In this document: positions 39,801 through 47,943 of the stretch, one piece after another
Layout of the letters: the number at the start of each line of letters is the position of its first letter
How positions within the stretch are numbered: position 1 is the first letter of the stretch
Made by a program: the position numbers and the translations under genes
Virus record (IMG/VR): IMGVR_UViG_3300034021_001069
Length of the DNA: 62,884 bases
From: an uncultured virus (IMG/VR IMGVR_UViG_3300034021_001069)
Lineage: Duplodnaviria > Heunggongvirae > Uroviricota > Caudoviricetes
Strand: one strand, 5' to 3'
Notes under the pieces: generated by a model
Databases searched by the model: none
What the model was told of the DNA's origin: nothing
What the model saw: the letters and a program-made list of their open reading frames with translations, nothing else

Positions 39801-42800
39801 ACCATCATTATTCATTTGAATAATCCACATATCATCGGGATTTAATGAATTGGTGTCAGTATATCCCCCGATGTATACATTTTTATCCTGATCTAGAACA
39901 ACACTAGTTACATAATCTCTTCTAGTTAAACCAGAAATACCTGCAATTTCTTTTTTCCAAACTATAGATCCAATTGGATTGTTAGCAAAATCTACAGTAG
40001 ATACATATTTCGCTACAAATACATCAGGATTGTAGTTTAAGTTAGTTACATTTGGATAAGTTTCACCAACAACATAAATTGTATCATTTTCTCCCGAATT
40101 AGTATCTACATATAATTTTTTAAAGATGCATCTCTTGCTACCAGATTCTGGAACAGCAGGTATTAATGTTCTCCACCAAATTAATTTTCCTTGATCATCA
40201 TATTTTGCCAAATAGCTAACAACATTACCATTAGACTCATTAATATTTCCACAAACATATAATTCACGATTTAAAGTTACTGTAGAATCTGCAATTTCAA
40301 ATTTACCTCCATTACTTTCTTTCAAATCTGAGAAGAAATAGCGGGCTTTCTTATATACTTGTGGATGTGTAACTCGTATTTGTGGTGGATTTGTAGTGCT
40401 ATAATTATTACCAGAATTGATAATATCAACAGTTCTGATATTACCAGTAGATTCTAGATTAATTTTAAAATCTGCATCTTGACCTTGAGTTGTTATTAAT
40501 TCATATACTGGTGGAATGTCATCAATATATCCAACTCCTTCTTGAGTTACTTCAATTGTTTCAACACCACTGACAACTTTAACTTTAAATCTCTTATCTG
40601 TTGCATCAAGCAAAGGATAAGTATCAACAATAACTTCATCACCAACTCTGAGTTCATGCTCACCTTCAGTTGTGATCGTTCCGTATGGTTGATCATTTAC
40701 TAAAGATTTGTTATATGAAACTACTTTATTTCCAACAATAGACTCAATTTCTGCAGAGGCGCCGAAACCTTGAGTATCTGTATTGTCGAAGAATAAAATA
40801 TCACCAACTTGATATGATATTCCTGGATTTTCAATAACAAAACCATCAATTTTTGCGTCTTCAAATTTAGTTGTAGTTTCTACTTCAATATCAACTTGAG
40901 ATGCTAAGCTAACTGCTGGGAAATAATCAAAAATTTGTAAAGTTTGCTCTTCAATTAATACTACAATGTCATCTTCCTCTAGAGGAGAAATTACACCATC
41001 TCTATTCAAATCTTCTAATTCTAAAATTATGGCATCCCCAGTTTCTAGGGTTATGCCATCTTGGGCTCTATTTGGCTGCCTTTCAATGTCAATATCAACA
41101 TTCTCATATGGGTCTCTATATCTAACAACACCAGTTGGGATATTTTCCTGAATTGCACTTTGGTTGAAATTCCACTCATCTGGTAGTGAATTATAGTTAG
41201 GACCTAAAATGTATGGGAATACTGGTAGACCTGCTTCAGAAGCATCAATAGTAATAAAGTATGCATATGTTCCTTCTGGGTATTCTGGAGTTTTGCAGAA
41301 TCTTCCATTATATGGATCCAAATCTCCATATTGGAATCTAAACTCATAATCATTGATAAACGTTCCAGCTGGATACTCACTTAATGAAGGACCATCAATT
41401 CTAGTTGGCTGTGGATTAGTGTCTGGATCATATATTAAGTTCTCTTTTATAGCATAAGAAGAATTCATCCTCTTTATGCCTTGAGTTGGTTCAGTGGGAT
41501 TTAAATATCCATATGGACCATATATTGGATTTCCATCAAACGCCCATCCAATAATTGGCGAATGCTTATAGTTACTGGATACTTCTTTAAATCTATTAGT
41601 TTGCTGATCTAAGAATACATTATCACCAACAACATATCTTAATTCTTTAGGATCAGAAATATGTGCATATTCTCCACCATATTGGTTATTATAACCAGAA
41701 AATACATATCCTCTTGCCTTATCATACTTACTACTTAATAAGTATTCTTGGTTTTTAATCCAACTGAAAATTTCAGCTTCAAAAGTTGCAGACTGACCAA
41801 CTGCTTCTAATCTAATAGTAGTATTGCCCTGAGTGTAACCAATACCCTTATTGGTAATTTGAACACTAATAACTTTTCCTTTATCTTCACCTATTGTGCC
41901 AATAATAGCTTTAGCCTGAGCACCAAATCCGTCACCATTAATAATGACATTTGGTGGGCTAGTGTAACCTTGACCAGAATTAATGATAGCAATTGATACA
42001 ATTCTACCATTAATGATTACAGGTTGAGCTAGAGCATCTTCACCAGAGGAAAGAATAATAGATGGAGGAGAAGTATATCCTTGACCCTCACTTAAAACTT
42101 CAATTGACTGAACAGGTCCTCTTACTTGAGCAGTAACCTCTGCACCACTTCCACCTCCACCAGTGATTGAAACTGTAGGCTGTGAAGTATATCCAGAACC
42201 AGGATTTTCTACTAATACTCTGCTAACTCTACCATTAGTAATTACTGCAGTAGCAGTAGCTCCAGCACCTCCACCACCAACAATTGAAATAAGAGGAGAT
42301 GATGTATAACCAGAACCACCATTAACAACATCAAAACTATACAGACTGCCATTAATAGTAACACGAGCTGCAGCTCCAGTTCCACCGCCACCTACAATGC
42401 TTAGATTTGGAACAGTTCCTGCATCGTATCCTTGACCTGGGTTTACAATAGAAACTGAAGTAATGCCACCAAATAAAACCTTTTCGTTTGCTTTATACGA
42501 CCAAACTGAAACACCATTAATTAATGATGCAATTGGTCCTGGCAATATCTCTCTTCTATTTGATACAGTAAGAGGTTTTCTTGGGAATCTATATAATTTT
42601 CTTTGGTTACCAGGAATTAATGCTGATCCAACAAAAGGTCCAACTTTATAGTTTGGTAAACCAGAAGCAGCAATATAAACATATTGTGCATTGAAAAATG
42701 CATTTTGTATATTTGTTGTATAATCTGATATAGTATTGTTTATCGATAAAACATCTGACTTACCACGATTTAAGTCAACGGAAACTAAGATATTGCCCTG

Positions 42801-45800
42801 AGGAGCGATAATAGATGGTTGAGGAATTTGATAGCTAAAAGTAAATTCATCAAGTCTTGAAGTAACAAAGAACGTTCCGTTGTAAATTACAGGATTTGCA
42901 CCATATATTGTTACACTATCACCAACTAGTAAACCATGAGCATTTGAACATACAACCGTAGCAGTTTGTTGATTTGTTCCAACATCAATACTACCAGGAG
43001 AAATGCTTACTACTCTAACTAATTTCTTAACATTATACAACCATGTTTGTAATCTTTCATCAGTTGCAGAAGATCCTAATTTCGATACCGTTAGTTTATC
43101 ACCAGGAAGATAATATGAACCAGTATCATCCAAAACTGTGGTATTTGCTTCAGCAATACCCAAAATACGCATTTTAACTTCTAATGAAGTTCCTCTATTA
43201 ACATAAACAAAAATATCAGAGTAGATGGGAGTGCCTGGATCCCAATCTTCAACTAATCCATTTTCGGATCTAGTGCATTCGATAAATTGGTTTAATGTTT
43301 TTTCTTTATATTGAACTTCTTCTTCATTATTAATTAAGATAGTTCCGTTTCTAGCTGGCCAGCCAATAGTAGAATCGACTGTAATGATCTGATCGTCTAC
43401 ACTTAAAGGCTCAACTAATGTAGTTTTGTATGGAATAACAAAATTTCCAACTAGTGTCTCTTCTGAGATTGCTAATTCATAAATTGTAGAATTTTCTTGA
43501 TTGATTGCAATTACGTTTTCTACTAGTGCTGAAGCATCCTTTACATTTTGATCTACTTCACTATCATATTGAATTAATTGAGATTCTTTAATATTTACTG
43601 GATCGCCAGAAATTACCTCAACACGAATGATTGTATCAATAGACCAAGTAGCTGCAGATGGAGAGATGATTTCATCTCTGGGATATGCAACATCAGCATT
43701 TTCACCAAATAGAATCTTAAATATGAATTGCGTTGAAAGTTTAGTTCCCTTTGAAGAATAGTATTGTCTTATATTCTTAATAATCTCTGCAGGATTAATA
43801 GAACTAATATCAATATTTGAATTTGGAATATATTGATTTAAGAATTTCTTTAAAAGATGCTTTACGAATAATGAGTCTAAATTAGTTACTGTTGATCCTT
43901 GAGGATGTGAACTTTGTGTTAATTCAGATTCTTTTTTGAATACTTGATGCCCATTTAGGTCAAAGCTTGTTACGCCACTTACTCCCCTCTTGCAACCAAC
44001 TAAAGCTGAGGGTTCATAATTTTGACCACTTTCAATAATCGTGAAGCCAGTAACTTCATTAAAGCCAACTTCACACGATGCTTTTGCTGCTGATGGTGAT
44101 GCAATAAAAATAGAAGGTGGCTCAGTTTCGCTATACCCACTACCAAAATCTAATACATTAATATCAGTAATACGACCATTAAAAATAGTAGCTGCAGCTT
44201 TAGCTCCAGTTCCACCAATAGGATTACCATTAGTATCTTTTCTATTATCTACAATGTAAATTGATGGGACGTCTTCATATCCTTCTCCACCAGTTAACAA
44301 TTCAATATCAGTAACGTTACCATCAACGACTCTTACATCTAAGACTTGAGCCCCAACAGGATCAACAATTGCCACTCTAGGAATAGAGGTATACCCTCTT
44401 CCACGATTAATTATATTGACCGAAACTACAGTTCCATCTGGGCTAACTACAGCCTCAGCTAAAGCTCTTATTCCACCTTCTGGAGCAGGATCTATGTAAA
44501 CTACTGGAGGATTTTTATATCCAGATCCACCAGAAATTACCTGAATTGATCCGATATTAACTCTACCTAAAGAATCAATTGTTGGCTTTGTTATTTTAGC
44601 TCCACCAGGATTTCTAAAAGTTATAGCAGGAATAAAATCATATCCACTACCACTATCTTCTACATTTAGAGAAGAAATTTTTCCAGTAGTGTTATTAACT
44701 TCTAATGAAATTTTAGCTGCAGTTCCATTAGGATTTGTTGGGGGTTCAACAACAACATATGGTGGATTATATGAATTATACCCAAATCCACCATCAATAA
44801 GTGCTACTGATTTTACTCCAGAAACTAAGGAAGTTGCAGTTGCACCAAAACCACCATTATTTGTTCTAGAAATAGTTACTTTAGGAGTGAAATTTAGGTC
44901 ATATCCAGACCCACCATTTTTTACTATTAGTCTACCTAATTTGTGCTCTGATGTAATTTCAGCAATTGCTTCAGCTCCAGACCCAACTATCGGAGTCGCA
45001 AATTCAATAGTTCTAATATGAACTGCTTCTGCAGCATAGATATTATTTTTAAAGATAATCTGATTATCAAAAATACTAAAATCAATATATGGCTTTTGTA
45101 ATATACCATTTCTAATAATAATAGCAGAAATTTCTGAAATAATGCTATATGGCTGGGAATTTAACTTAGTAGAATAAAATTTAGTATTATTTTGTGTATT
45201 ATCATCTAAAGTTCTAATAGTAGAATCAGAAAAACCAATTAAGTATATAATTTTCGTAGAACCTTCAGAATCTGTTCCTACTCTTTGCCTAGGAGCTACA
45301 GCAAACCTAATTTTATCTCCCTCAAGGAAATAATCAACATTAGGAATTAAGGTTTCACCATAAATGGTAACAATTAAGTGATCCTCACTTACTGGGGTTA
45401 CTGGATTACCTAATAATCTTAGATCGAATACAGTCTTTGTTCCATCTAGTTGCAGGAAAATATTCTCTAGTTCTTGCTGTCTCTTTAAATATTCAGCAGA
45501 GCTAATTCCTGGCGTAATTACAACTTCAGGACCTTTTGAAATTCTATCGTAATAGATGACTTCATCATCAATAATAACAGTTCCATCAAATTCTAAAAAT
45601 CCACTAACATTTTCTACTTGAATGGAATCATCATAAACACCAACCTCATTTAAAGTTGTTGTTGTTGCATTTAGTGTTTTAAAGTCATAATTTTGGACAT
45701 CAAGTAGGCTCAATAAATTATTGAGTATATAAACGGGCTTACCTACTTTTTCTTGAGATTTGTAGTAATTTTTTAATAATTCTACAAACTGTCTATCTTC

Positions 45801-45866
45801 CTCTCTAATAAACTGAGGAATTTGTGACTCAACTCTATCGGAAATCTTAACACTATTTGTTAGCAT
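27801..45866 (-). CDS. gp7: Giant baseplate wedge initiator-like multidomain protein, 6021 aa
   Basis: Directly downstream of gp6. QIPQFIRE...F..LL..YY N-terminus and IKNIRQYYSSKGT...F.FKILFGE motif. Also carries GxGY repeats, a split YHYH-like domain, propeller-, CBM-, LamG- and Ig-like parts, and phycobiliprotein-like repeats. Confidence 0.88.
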   Translation of the reverse strand: MLTNSVKISDRVESQIPQFIREEDRQFVELLKNYYKSQEKVGKPVYILNNLLSLLDVQNYDFKTLNATTTTLNEVGVYDDSIQVENVSGFLEFDGTVIIDDEVIYYDRISKGPEVVITPGISSAEYLKRQQELENIFLQLDGTKTVFDLRLLGNPVTPVSEDHLIVTIYGETLIPNVDYFLEGDKIRFAVAPRQRVGTDSEGSTKIIYLIGFSDSTIRTLDDNTQNNTKFYSTKLNSQPYSIISEISAIIIRNGILQKPYIDFSIFDNQIIFKNNIYAAEAVHIRTIEFATPIVGSGAEAIAEITSEHKLGRLIVKNGGSGYDLNFTPKVTISRTNNGGFGATATSLVSGVKSVALIDGGFGYNSYNPPYVVVEPPTNPNGTAAKISLEVNNTTGKISSLNVEDSGSGYDFIPAITFRNPGGAKITKPTIDSLGRVNIGSIQVISGGSGYKNPPVVYIDPAPEGGIRALAEAVVSPDGTVVSVNIINRGRGYTSIPRVAIVDPVGAQVLDVRVVDGNVTDIELLTGGEGYEDVPSIYIVDNRKDTNGNPIGGTGAKAAATIFNGRITDINVLDFGSGYSETEPPSIFIASPSAAKASCEVGFNEVTGFTIIESGQNYEPSALVGCKRGVSGVTSFDLNGHQVFKKESELTQSSHPQGSTVTNLDSLFVKHLLKKFLNQYIPNSNIDISSINPAEIIKNIRQYYSSKGTKLSTQFIFKILFGENADVAYPRDEIISPSAATWSIDTIIRVEVISGDPVNIKESQLIQYDSEVDQNVKDASALVENVIAINQENSTIYELAISEETLVGNFVIPYKTTLVEPLSVDDQIITVDSTIGWPARNGTILINNEEEVQYKEKTLNQFIECTRSENGLVEDWDPGTPIYSDIFVYVNRGTSLEVKMRILGIAEANTTVLDDTGSYYLPGDKLTVSKLGSSATDERLQTWLYNVKKLVRVVSISPGSIDVGTNQQTATVVCSNAHGLLVGDSVTIYGANPVIYNGTFFVTSRLDEFTFSYQIPQPSIIAPQGNILVSVDLNRGKSDVLSINNTISDYTTNIQNAFFNAQYVYIAASGLPNYKVGPFVGSALIPGNQRKLYRFPRKPLTVSNRREILPGPIASLINGVSVWSYKANEKVLFGGITSVSIVNPGQGYDAGTVPNLSIVGGGGTGAAARVTINGSLYSFDVVNGGSGYTSSPLISIVGGGGAGATATAVITNGRVSRVLVENPGSGYTSQPTVSITGGGGSGAEVTAQVRGPVQSIEVLSEGQGYTSPPSIILSSGEDALAQPVIINGRIVSIAIINSGQGYTSPPNVIINGDGFGAQAKAIIGTIGEDKGKVISVQITNKGIGYTQGNTTIRLEAVGQSATFEAEIFSWIKNQEYLLSSKYDKARGYVFSGYNNQYGGEYAHISDPKELRYVVGDNVFLDQQTNRFKEVSSNYKHSPIIGWAFDGNPIYGPYGYLNPTEPTQGIKRMNSSYAIKENLIYDPDTNPQPTRIDGPSLSEYPAGTFINDYEFRFQYGDLDPYNGRFCKTPEYPEGTYAYFITIDASEAGLPVFPYILGPNYNSLPDEWNFNQSAIQENIPTGVVRYRDPYENVDIDIERQPNRAQDGITLETGDAIILELEDLNRDGVISPLEEDDIVVLIEEQTLQIFDYFPAVSLASQVDIEVETTTKFEDAKIDGFVIENPGISYQVGDILFFDNTDTQGFGASAEIESIVGNKVVSYNKSLVNDQPYGTITTEGEHELRVGDEVIVDTYPLLDATDKRFKVKVVSGVETIEVTQEGVGYIDDIPPVYELITTQGQDADFKINLESTGNIRTVDIINSGNNYSTTNPPQIRVTHPQVYKKARYFFSDLKESNGGKFEIADSTVTLNRELYVCGNINESNGNVVSYLAKYDDQGKLIWWRTLIPAVPESGSKRCIFKKLYVDTNSGENDTIYVVGETYPNVTNLNYNPDVFVAKYVSTVDFANNPIGSIVWKKEIAGISGLTRRDYVTSVVLDQDKNVYIGGYTDTNSLNPDDMWIIQMNNDGDVKEKRKIASASGSERLNDIIWLNDNELLFVGTSATLGTLLLGKIFYDGANIEVEYMNSVAFNATVVNNPRIVKDEEGDFYVTFNAVNSSTQKREKVVVFKFNPENPNTLIWSKSFTPSLAYNSIEHANIKTDIFGNIALVTSINYGVVDKQIVVTTIKYDGTILYQSTIKTPNFAGLIAKTHSVDNSGDIIITSEKEISRELAYYEFNDTANIATPTDSSKRSLGVTSWFNSSNVEYDSTFFKFGGKSAKTTSQNSLSLADINTAEIKEWTVEGFFQMESARHAVNHKPEIISVGVSDVIKYKVIVDGDTTSANYGKIQLISANSADVNTVLVSSTSTSYWNTIGVNNFNLFTLEKTNPSLGNYVYRIYFNGSKVVEYTTTNSVNLNDVRFFGPATPTSTNSWIGRADDLVVAPYAMYNESVAFTPRTSSFVLSTQKSNIIINKFDRQHTKVGTWVLTNSDLDIDTAVIENNSNALSATNFSANIASYDLGAGGLQSLDYNDVVSTAVPGVYSLASEFEIFDSKTATIPSPLGKKLKLTPKVIEKFYIKDSTVSKIDNVRELTLNQNAIFTKGSVLQQYSIVNGQKVVSVFGTIVDAPTINDENQVTYRVGKVFPAGSTFDTVSTTKYLRSTENDINEMPATFTVARTEELWSSSAVYAVGNRVFNDGKVYEAQSAGTGGTIPPTHTTGTISDGVVTWAFVETANYFDIDLNDFTYPEGEATTYADYSRFKPYSEGVYIVQILTVYSGSNFIPNDIVSIGNTITVNYAPNNDTEKVIRVSGLDKVKSISVRVLLEKDVKVVDSERTDLLYISTNSRHNYEKNDILFVEGFSTAQFNGSFFVEEVFSSRDFTFKLRSVASQDPNYVQGVISSVNFYTKHPKLLFVRGHQYVFDLSDSSNFGFYLSFSQDNQYKLEYSFNNIIRSGIPGVSSSGNEPFVRFIVAGEVTNISYYFDPSRTEENSPIGTNSFIDVIDTPYAGTFRITEVPSVFSFRFILENEPEFSSAIVQDDSEGNPITKYSTTSPRAIGPINSIKLINGGGFYQKLPIVSDIASFRQIEKVVIVSGGSEYAPGVYYEVPILGDGEGALAKITVTNDPILDTGVITEAFVTNPGKGYTFASIDIDGIQGILGPSLSGSGAELNVVIPDEGSGASVFLTGKNIGKIKKLKNNEFGFGYSHDYTLKPEITFPINLQLFNTSILSQIKIIDPGSGYSSAPVVVIEGGGGSGAEAEAIVKNNRLSEILIKNPGSGYSSEPAVTLKSEFNYVVNVDLGYLQFNVPHGITTGSEVQLRAENIGSEVGILPQPSSAGLTALIPGQVYYAISGDENSLESDQLKIALTLADALSGNAITFLTQGSGRQVILTEVFGGKAEAIVETSRFLEGERVYQGDNIETASAFGYVSKNSGWQIGPKILKIENYTGDWKEGEKVTGIISRASGVIDNLSNARGVLNIDSITTTPGKFIDDIGKPSEIVQKIQDSFFYQNFSYIIKSSIPINNWKTTVLENNHPVGFKLFGQLEISGGKDISGRKVITDAVKQVNITNYANSNQITSFAAAQPIYTTYNNTEVLFRKKRLTSSEEILTSIVKKIDDISLDFDGARTSFPIYVEGQQVIANANQIMITLNGIIQAPGQAFVTDGANIIFTEPPKPPSKVVYRTARFNQLQIYRIELQNISGIFPELGARVSGLTTESIATVIDSGTTSIDVVEIQGNFQINEILLANAYGFQANIVSVTPVTSRTILETKETITNTKGDIAIVEESNLENGVITNEIAISRTSGTAEFESGKFNIKLNDIIYSLSSKIAAKVVFIAPYRDPVTNGVVDTVEISSGSSFFGLIFQRLVSTTNPNIILDDISKTVINPTKLYDSQVLINDDFLDFEEARNIEIVYTGATGVFDEKETIKNTKIKYGSLTGNFLQGETVRSNKISYANKSAGLFAFNDTITGISSGATASVIGVNTSFKWIYTKNISGSYTQDEYITNSLITNVGVTTSKNIAPSSTGSFVFSAGAQYLRYPSSDRVAFGASSDFTIEFWYRTSRNNLTQTLIDTRTSGASDTALRIILDNADLKVYYSGILLVQISSAVTINTWKHIALVRSSGVLKLYHNGTVAATTYTDTNNYSNKQITVGAAFNGGNGLYGHLSNLQIKKGVADYNANFTPNTGYDNDDDALSFGLAANKPFILAEHEVYAQYSGRTASSTTIKSVNTQNSIILIEDVDLSRDNNRIAASVIEKNIDFIAEEVVGRLRNRYPGFTYPSYGSGLDYCIRDTKEFILPAIISDIKYGGNFNSIIAAKGYINRNNSVEYISNELLQSVYAWRETVQLCVELLEKADTDPLEGEYTNILRVPGILTTSISQTILDEIIDLGDIIVDHLAPTGHRFRDAGDLIWLNRDFIADEVVGWLEDRYTVTVGNVNEDKLNMPGLPGKCARDIREYILPAIITDIITGGNSATNNAIDFYIDQDENVVLVEDELLAMSDALEFTKFLTLKAINNLLTAQGQVYPPGTPVTYQDDYYSAAYTIKQPYRDPTITVDPKGYDPSRSNYNLYIDAANALERNKKVIAEEAVLTMQNFTKYHTFEVPGGRVNCTDDVEDILDAMIHDLRFGGNSRTYEAASMYIDPEDNGLLHIESEAEATKQVFKLVRDIAAVAIRNGFGRDNIRGNENEPVETYMRNAVSDSHLDAAGIIEKNINFIANEAVYLGTQQYPALVIPGGSQNCIDDVKDVLKALVFNLQYGGNNWVFYAANEYVNSSNNLQHITSQAAESVWIFNKARDLAISVMRNTTISVQGTHGITQTFYSPVPTLDIQNPTCQAVASSITSLMSVITDTINNPISITNGTIPFTLPTIWPVQYSSGSVERDVTVVYDTSAPSWGQVCADVISAVFTLSDILIETVENAENNVNYLTSITKTLPYSGNTEYQEYTCDNVKSAISILFDTMIEALVPAGRTEKNASRLIHNNDRYIREESYAQVLLNNPSYTGTVDFADEIIKSIRHDLVTGGNANVIKHINSWFDGEGNFIAFSNINRTRLLSHLDNIRTLSINACKQTLTNPSPITFEPSWVFPDDFDINEKYLISMELLDIETSEFKLRSLFNLYDYSLRYSTLPLNNSVTFIASSNVASSGSTINRPHKFVVGDILEYIPLGESITSLVSNDYFYVTSVTGSSFTIKPEIKSQDKPFNIGNTNNASQQLRISRRTGIERVTTFNGDRSKTPTPISGGFNPADVIYGTTSDAYSELIFVTYNKAKIVKLYNKFTISNVPENFGFANGETVVVQGSTTNRGVIYETNGSTYINLIDIVGTISIGNIIEGLETGTTATIASVSNNMLINPFMGEFVNGDIIFKEEDSVEATISSYNPSYGSIVSTVGGKLTLDVETVNGSWNVNEVVYGSITEKILVMYDNSTTELVLGDYINGTEIIKLSISNNVVDTGIAATYNPGDEVFLLQGAVKKNPGWRATVTKYDYRPLEGIHDLYIADVQYSAIDVSGEATIEDLLTPGVFIGKFAGSNFPVIYSLISDIDRTDTISYGKVVKIDKLGNNSTIWLQDVRGEFYDNMTVVGNNGWSAAVVTAKDLMARISRYFRGFDGSQTTFKLSIANGQPYFPDPAGHLLIFVNGILQPPGGNNAFTAFSDQIQFTEAPSANSEFIGFYVGKLRQLDDISFDFDSLRNSFNLKLNGVFYSLTLTDGVQSNTIRPENNIIVSVNGVLQEPGVGFELVGSRIIFAEVPRAGSTFVAFSYVGSDADVVSADIIPPVEAGDLLQIEGESGNRIVALIESSNSLTTFEYTGTVKGRNALAIAQITKGRIEEVILTSSGSGYVERPQVDIISSTGFNGRAKALIGVSRIDVKSSGIGYALPRVSVETTVPDDFESPVGAPINNGFDLLAGEGIDEDGNPIIIDLGVIAIAAQPHNLTVSQGQIASFTVVASVDNSSTLNYQWQKKDYATTTWFNIPGANQATYTTLPTQQVDNEDEYRVVITAIGCIPVYSNSAILSVQTGATVLAAFSPVQIFNDE
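30820..33170 (-). repeat. Tandem helical repeats A..I..N..FIA.E...YP...C.[RD]D...I.A...D...GGN inside gp7
   Basis: Four copies with Cys (codons at 33027, 32541, 32064, 31674) and one Cys-less copy near 30.9 kb. Confidence 0.85.
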
Positions 45867-45878
45867 CTTATCTACTTA

Positions 45879-47942
45879 CTAGAAACAAGTATCAATTTCT
45901 GGATACTCAAATGTGGTAGTTGGAATATCAATGATATTTATACCTCCAGGCTGATAGTTAAATGCATCAAAATTATTTGGATCAAATACTGGAACCTTAA
46001 AATCAGTTAACGTATAGTCTACTGGAGTTATATTTGGATTGAATAATGTCGGATCGACATCTCTAGGAATATCAATTCCACCCCCACTTGGCAACACAAC
46101 TACAGGTAGCCTTGGAGTGCCATCAGGAGTGCTGGTTACTTTAATTGGACCCACACACACTTCACCTGTAGAATAATTAACAGAACCTACATTTGAATTT
46201 AAAATAATTTCATTTTCATCTGATATTGTAGCTAGAACTAAATTTCCTCTACCATCATCTCTGACATACACTGGCAATTGAAATTGAGAGTTAGCTACAA
46301 CAAATTCTTGAGTTACATCAGAAGCAGATAGATTTACTAAATTATCAAAAGCTGTAGATGTATAATCTTCAGAATAAAATATTCCACTTTTTACTGTAGA
46401 GAACTTAGGAGAACAGCTACCTCCAGAATTAGAACCAGAGAAATCTCCAGCATTGACAATAGGATTATTGAAGTTAATACATTGTGAGAATGTAGTATTA
46501 AAATCAAATTGATCTAGATTTTGACCGAGCCTAATCTGAACGGTAGTTCCATTAATAGAAGAATCGACATTACTGACAATACCACTTAAAGTAGATGAAT
46601 CTAATCTTCCACCAAATCTATTAGTAGATTCATTTTCATTAAATGTGTTTAATGTATCCAAAGCTTTAGTTCTCAATCCAGAGTTGTCTAGCGTTGTTTT
46701 ATTACTATCAAAGAATGGATATACATTAGGTAGAATATAGAAAGATCTTGGATCTATAATTTCTGTTTGGATGGATGCAATTGCATATTTTTCTAGAGAA
46801 TTCTTAATTCTCTTTTTAGATGTTTCATTTAACTTAGTTCCACCTTTATTTCTAATCGAAATGAAAACCTTTCCATACACTGGAGGGCTTAATTTTTCTC
46901 CACCAAATGCCCTCACAGAAACAGCCTGAGGATATATTTGAGATACAATATATTCATAGTCTGCCTCTGTAACTGCTCTATTTTGAGTAGTAAATGCTCG
47001 TGGAGCCCTATATTTTATAGATTCTATACTTTCCCTTTCTTCACCATCCTGGGATGCATCAATAGTTGCCATAGACACAGAATTTGGTGCTATAGCTCTT
47101 CCTAAATTATCAGTAATTACACCAATATAATTAAACTTCACACATCCATTTGCGCTAGATCCTTCAGTTCTAACATATTTTAATTGGATTAATTCGCCGC
47201 TGATTAATTTTCTTCCAATAATACCATCACCAAAAATTACATTATATCTAAGATCATCAGTTTCCTCTAGGAAATAAATTCTGGATGTTTTATCTAATGT
47301 AGTAATATTGCTTGCGAGTGAATATTGGTCAGACTGTGTTGATTGAACGTTTGGGCTGATGATTACTTTTAATAACTCAGTATCAACATTTTCAGATGGA
47401 ATTAGATATAAGAATCTATTTGGATCAGTTACAACATAACTATACTCTAATAAATTGCCTTGATAAATTACAACTTTTTCAAATGATGCTATACCAGTTT
47501 GTTGATCAACAGTTGCAACAACATCATCCAATAAGGCAAAGGTATATGTTCCAAAATTATTAGAACTTATAAAAACATCTCCCTGTTTTATAGTGACAAA
47601 AGTTGGATATCTATCACCATCTAGCGAAGTTTGAACATCAAAGCGCACACATGCTTTTGGTGCTTTAATTGATTTGGGTGTATAGTTTAATTGCTTAGCA
47701 ATTTTTACAATATTATCTCTAACTGAAGCGGTTTCTAGAAATGCTTCATTTAATGCCATATTTGCATTAAATGCAAGATAATATGTATTATAGGATAGAA
47801 TATCAAGTAAATATGATGCTGCTGAACCGTCAAAATCATAATCTGTGAATTCTTCCCTAGTTCTGAGATAAGAACGAATCGATTCCTTGATTTCAAAGAA
47901 ATCAATTGCAGTTAAATTTGATGGAACCGAGACTTGTGCCAT
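45879..47942 (-). CDS. gp6: Baseplate wedge subunit
   Basis: DFFEIKESIRSYL...FTDYDFDGS...LLDILSYNTYY..FNANM..NEAFL...AKQLNYTPKS...QNRAVTEADY...YGKVFISI. Confidence 0.96.
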   Translation of the reverse strand: MAQVSVPSNLTAIDFFEIKESIRSYLRTREEFTDYDFDGSAASYLLDILSYNTYYLAFNANMALNEAFLETASVRDNIVKIAKQLNYTPKSIKAPKACVRFDVQTSLDGDRYPTFVTIKQGDVFISSNNFGTYTFALLDDVVATVDQQTGIASFEKVVIYQGNLLEYSYVVTDPNRFLYLIPSENVDTELLKVIISPNVQSTQSDQYSLASNITTLDKTSRIYFLEETDDLRYNVIFGDGIIGRKLISGELIQLKYVRTEGSSANGCVKFNYIGVITDNLGRAIAPNSVSMATIDASQDGEERESIESIKYRAPRAFTTQNRAVTEADYEYIVSQIYPQAVSVRAFGGEKLSPPVYGKVFISIRNKGGTKLNETSKKRIKNSLEKYAIASIQTEIIDPRSFYILPNVYPFFDSNKTTLDNSGLRTKALDTLNTFNENESTNRFGGRLDSSTLSGIVSNVDSSINGTTVQIRLGQNLDQFDFNTTFSQCINFNNPIVNAGDFSGSNSGGSCSPKFSTVKSGIFYSEDYTSTAFDNLVNLSASDVTQEFVVANSQFQLPVYVRDDGRGNLVLATISDENEIILNSNVGSVNYSTGEVCVGPIKVTSTPDGTPRLPVVVLPSGGGIDIPRDVDPTLFNPNITPVDYTLTDFKVPVFDPNNFDAFNYQPGGINIIDIPTTTFEYPEIDTCF

Positions 47943-47943
47943 T

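Noticed and set aside
28507..45021. Plus-strand and alternative-frame ORFs inside gp7
   Set aside because: Same shadow effect; fully nested in a well-supported 6021-aa CDS.
14036..45866. Possible inteins or introns explaining the giant ORFs
   Set aside because: No C...HN splice motifs with LAGLIDADG blocks were recognised and the frames are uninterrupted. Size is explained by repeats and accessory domains.
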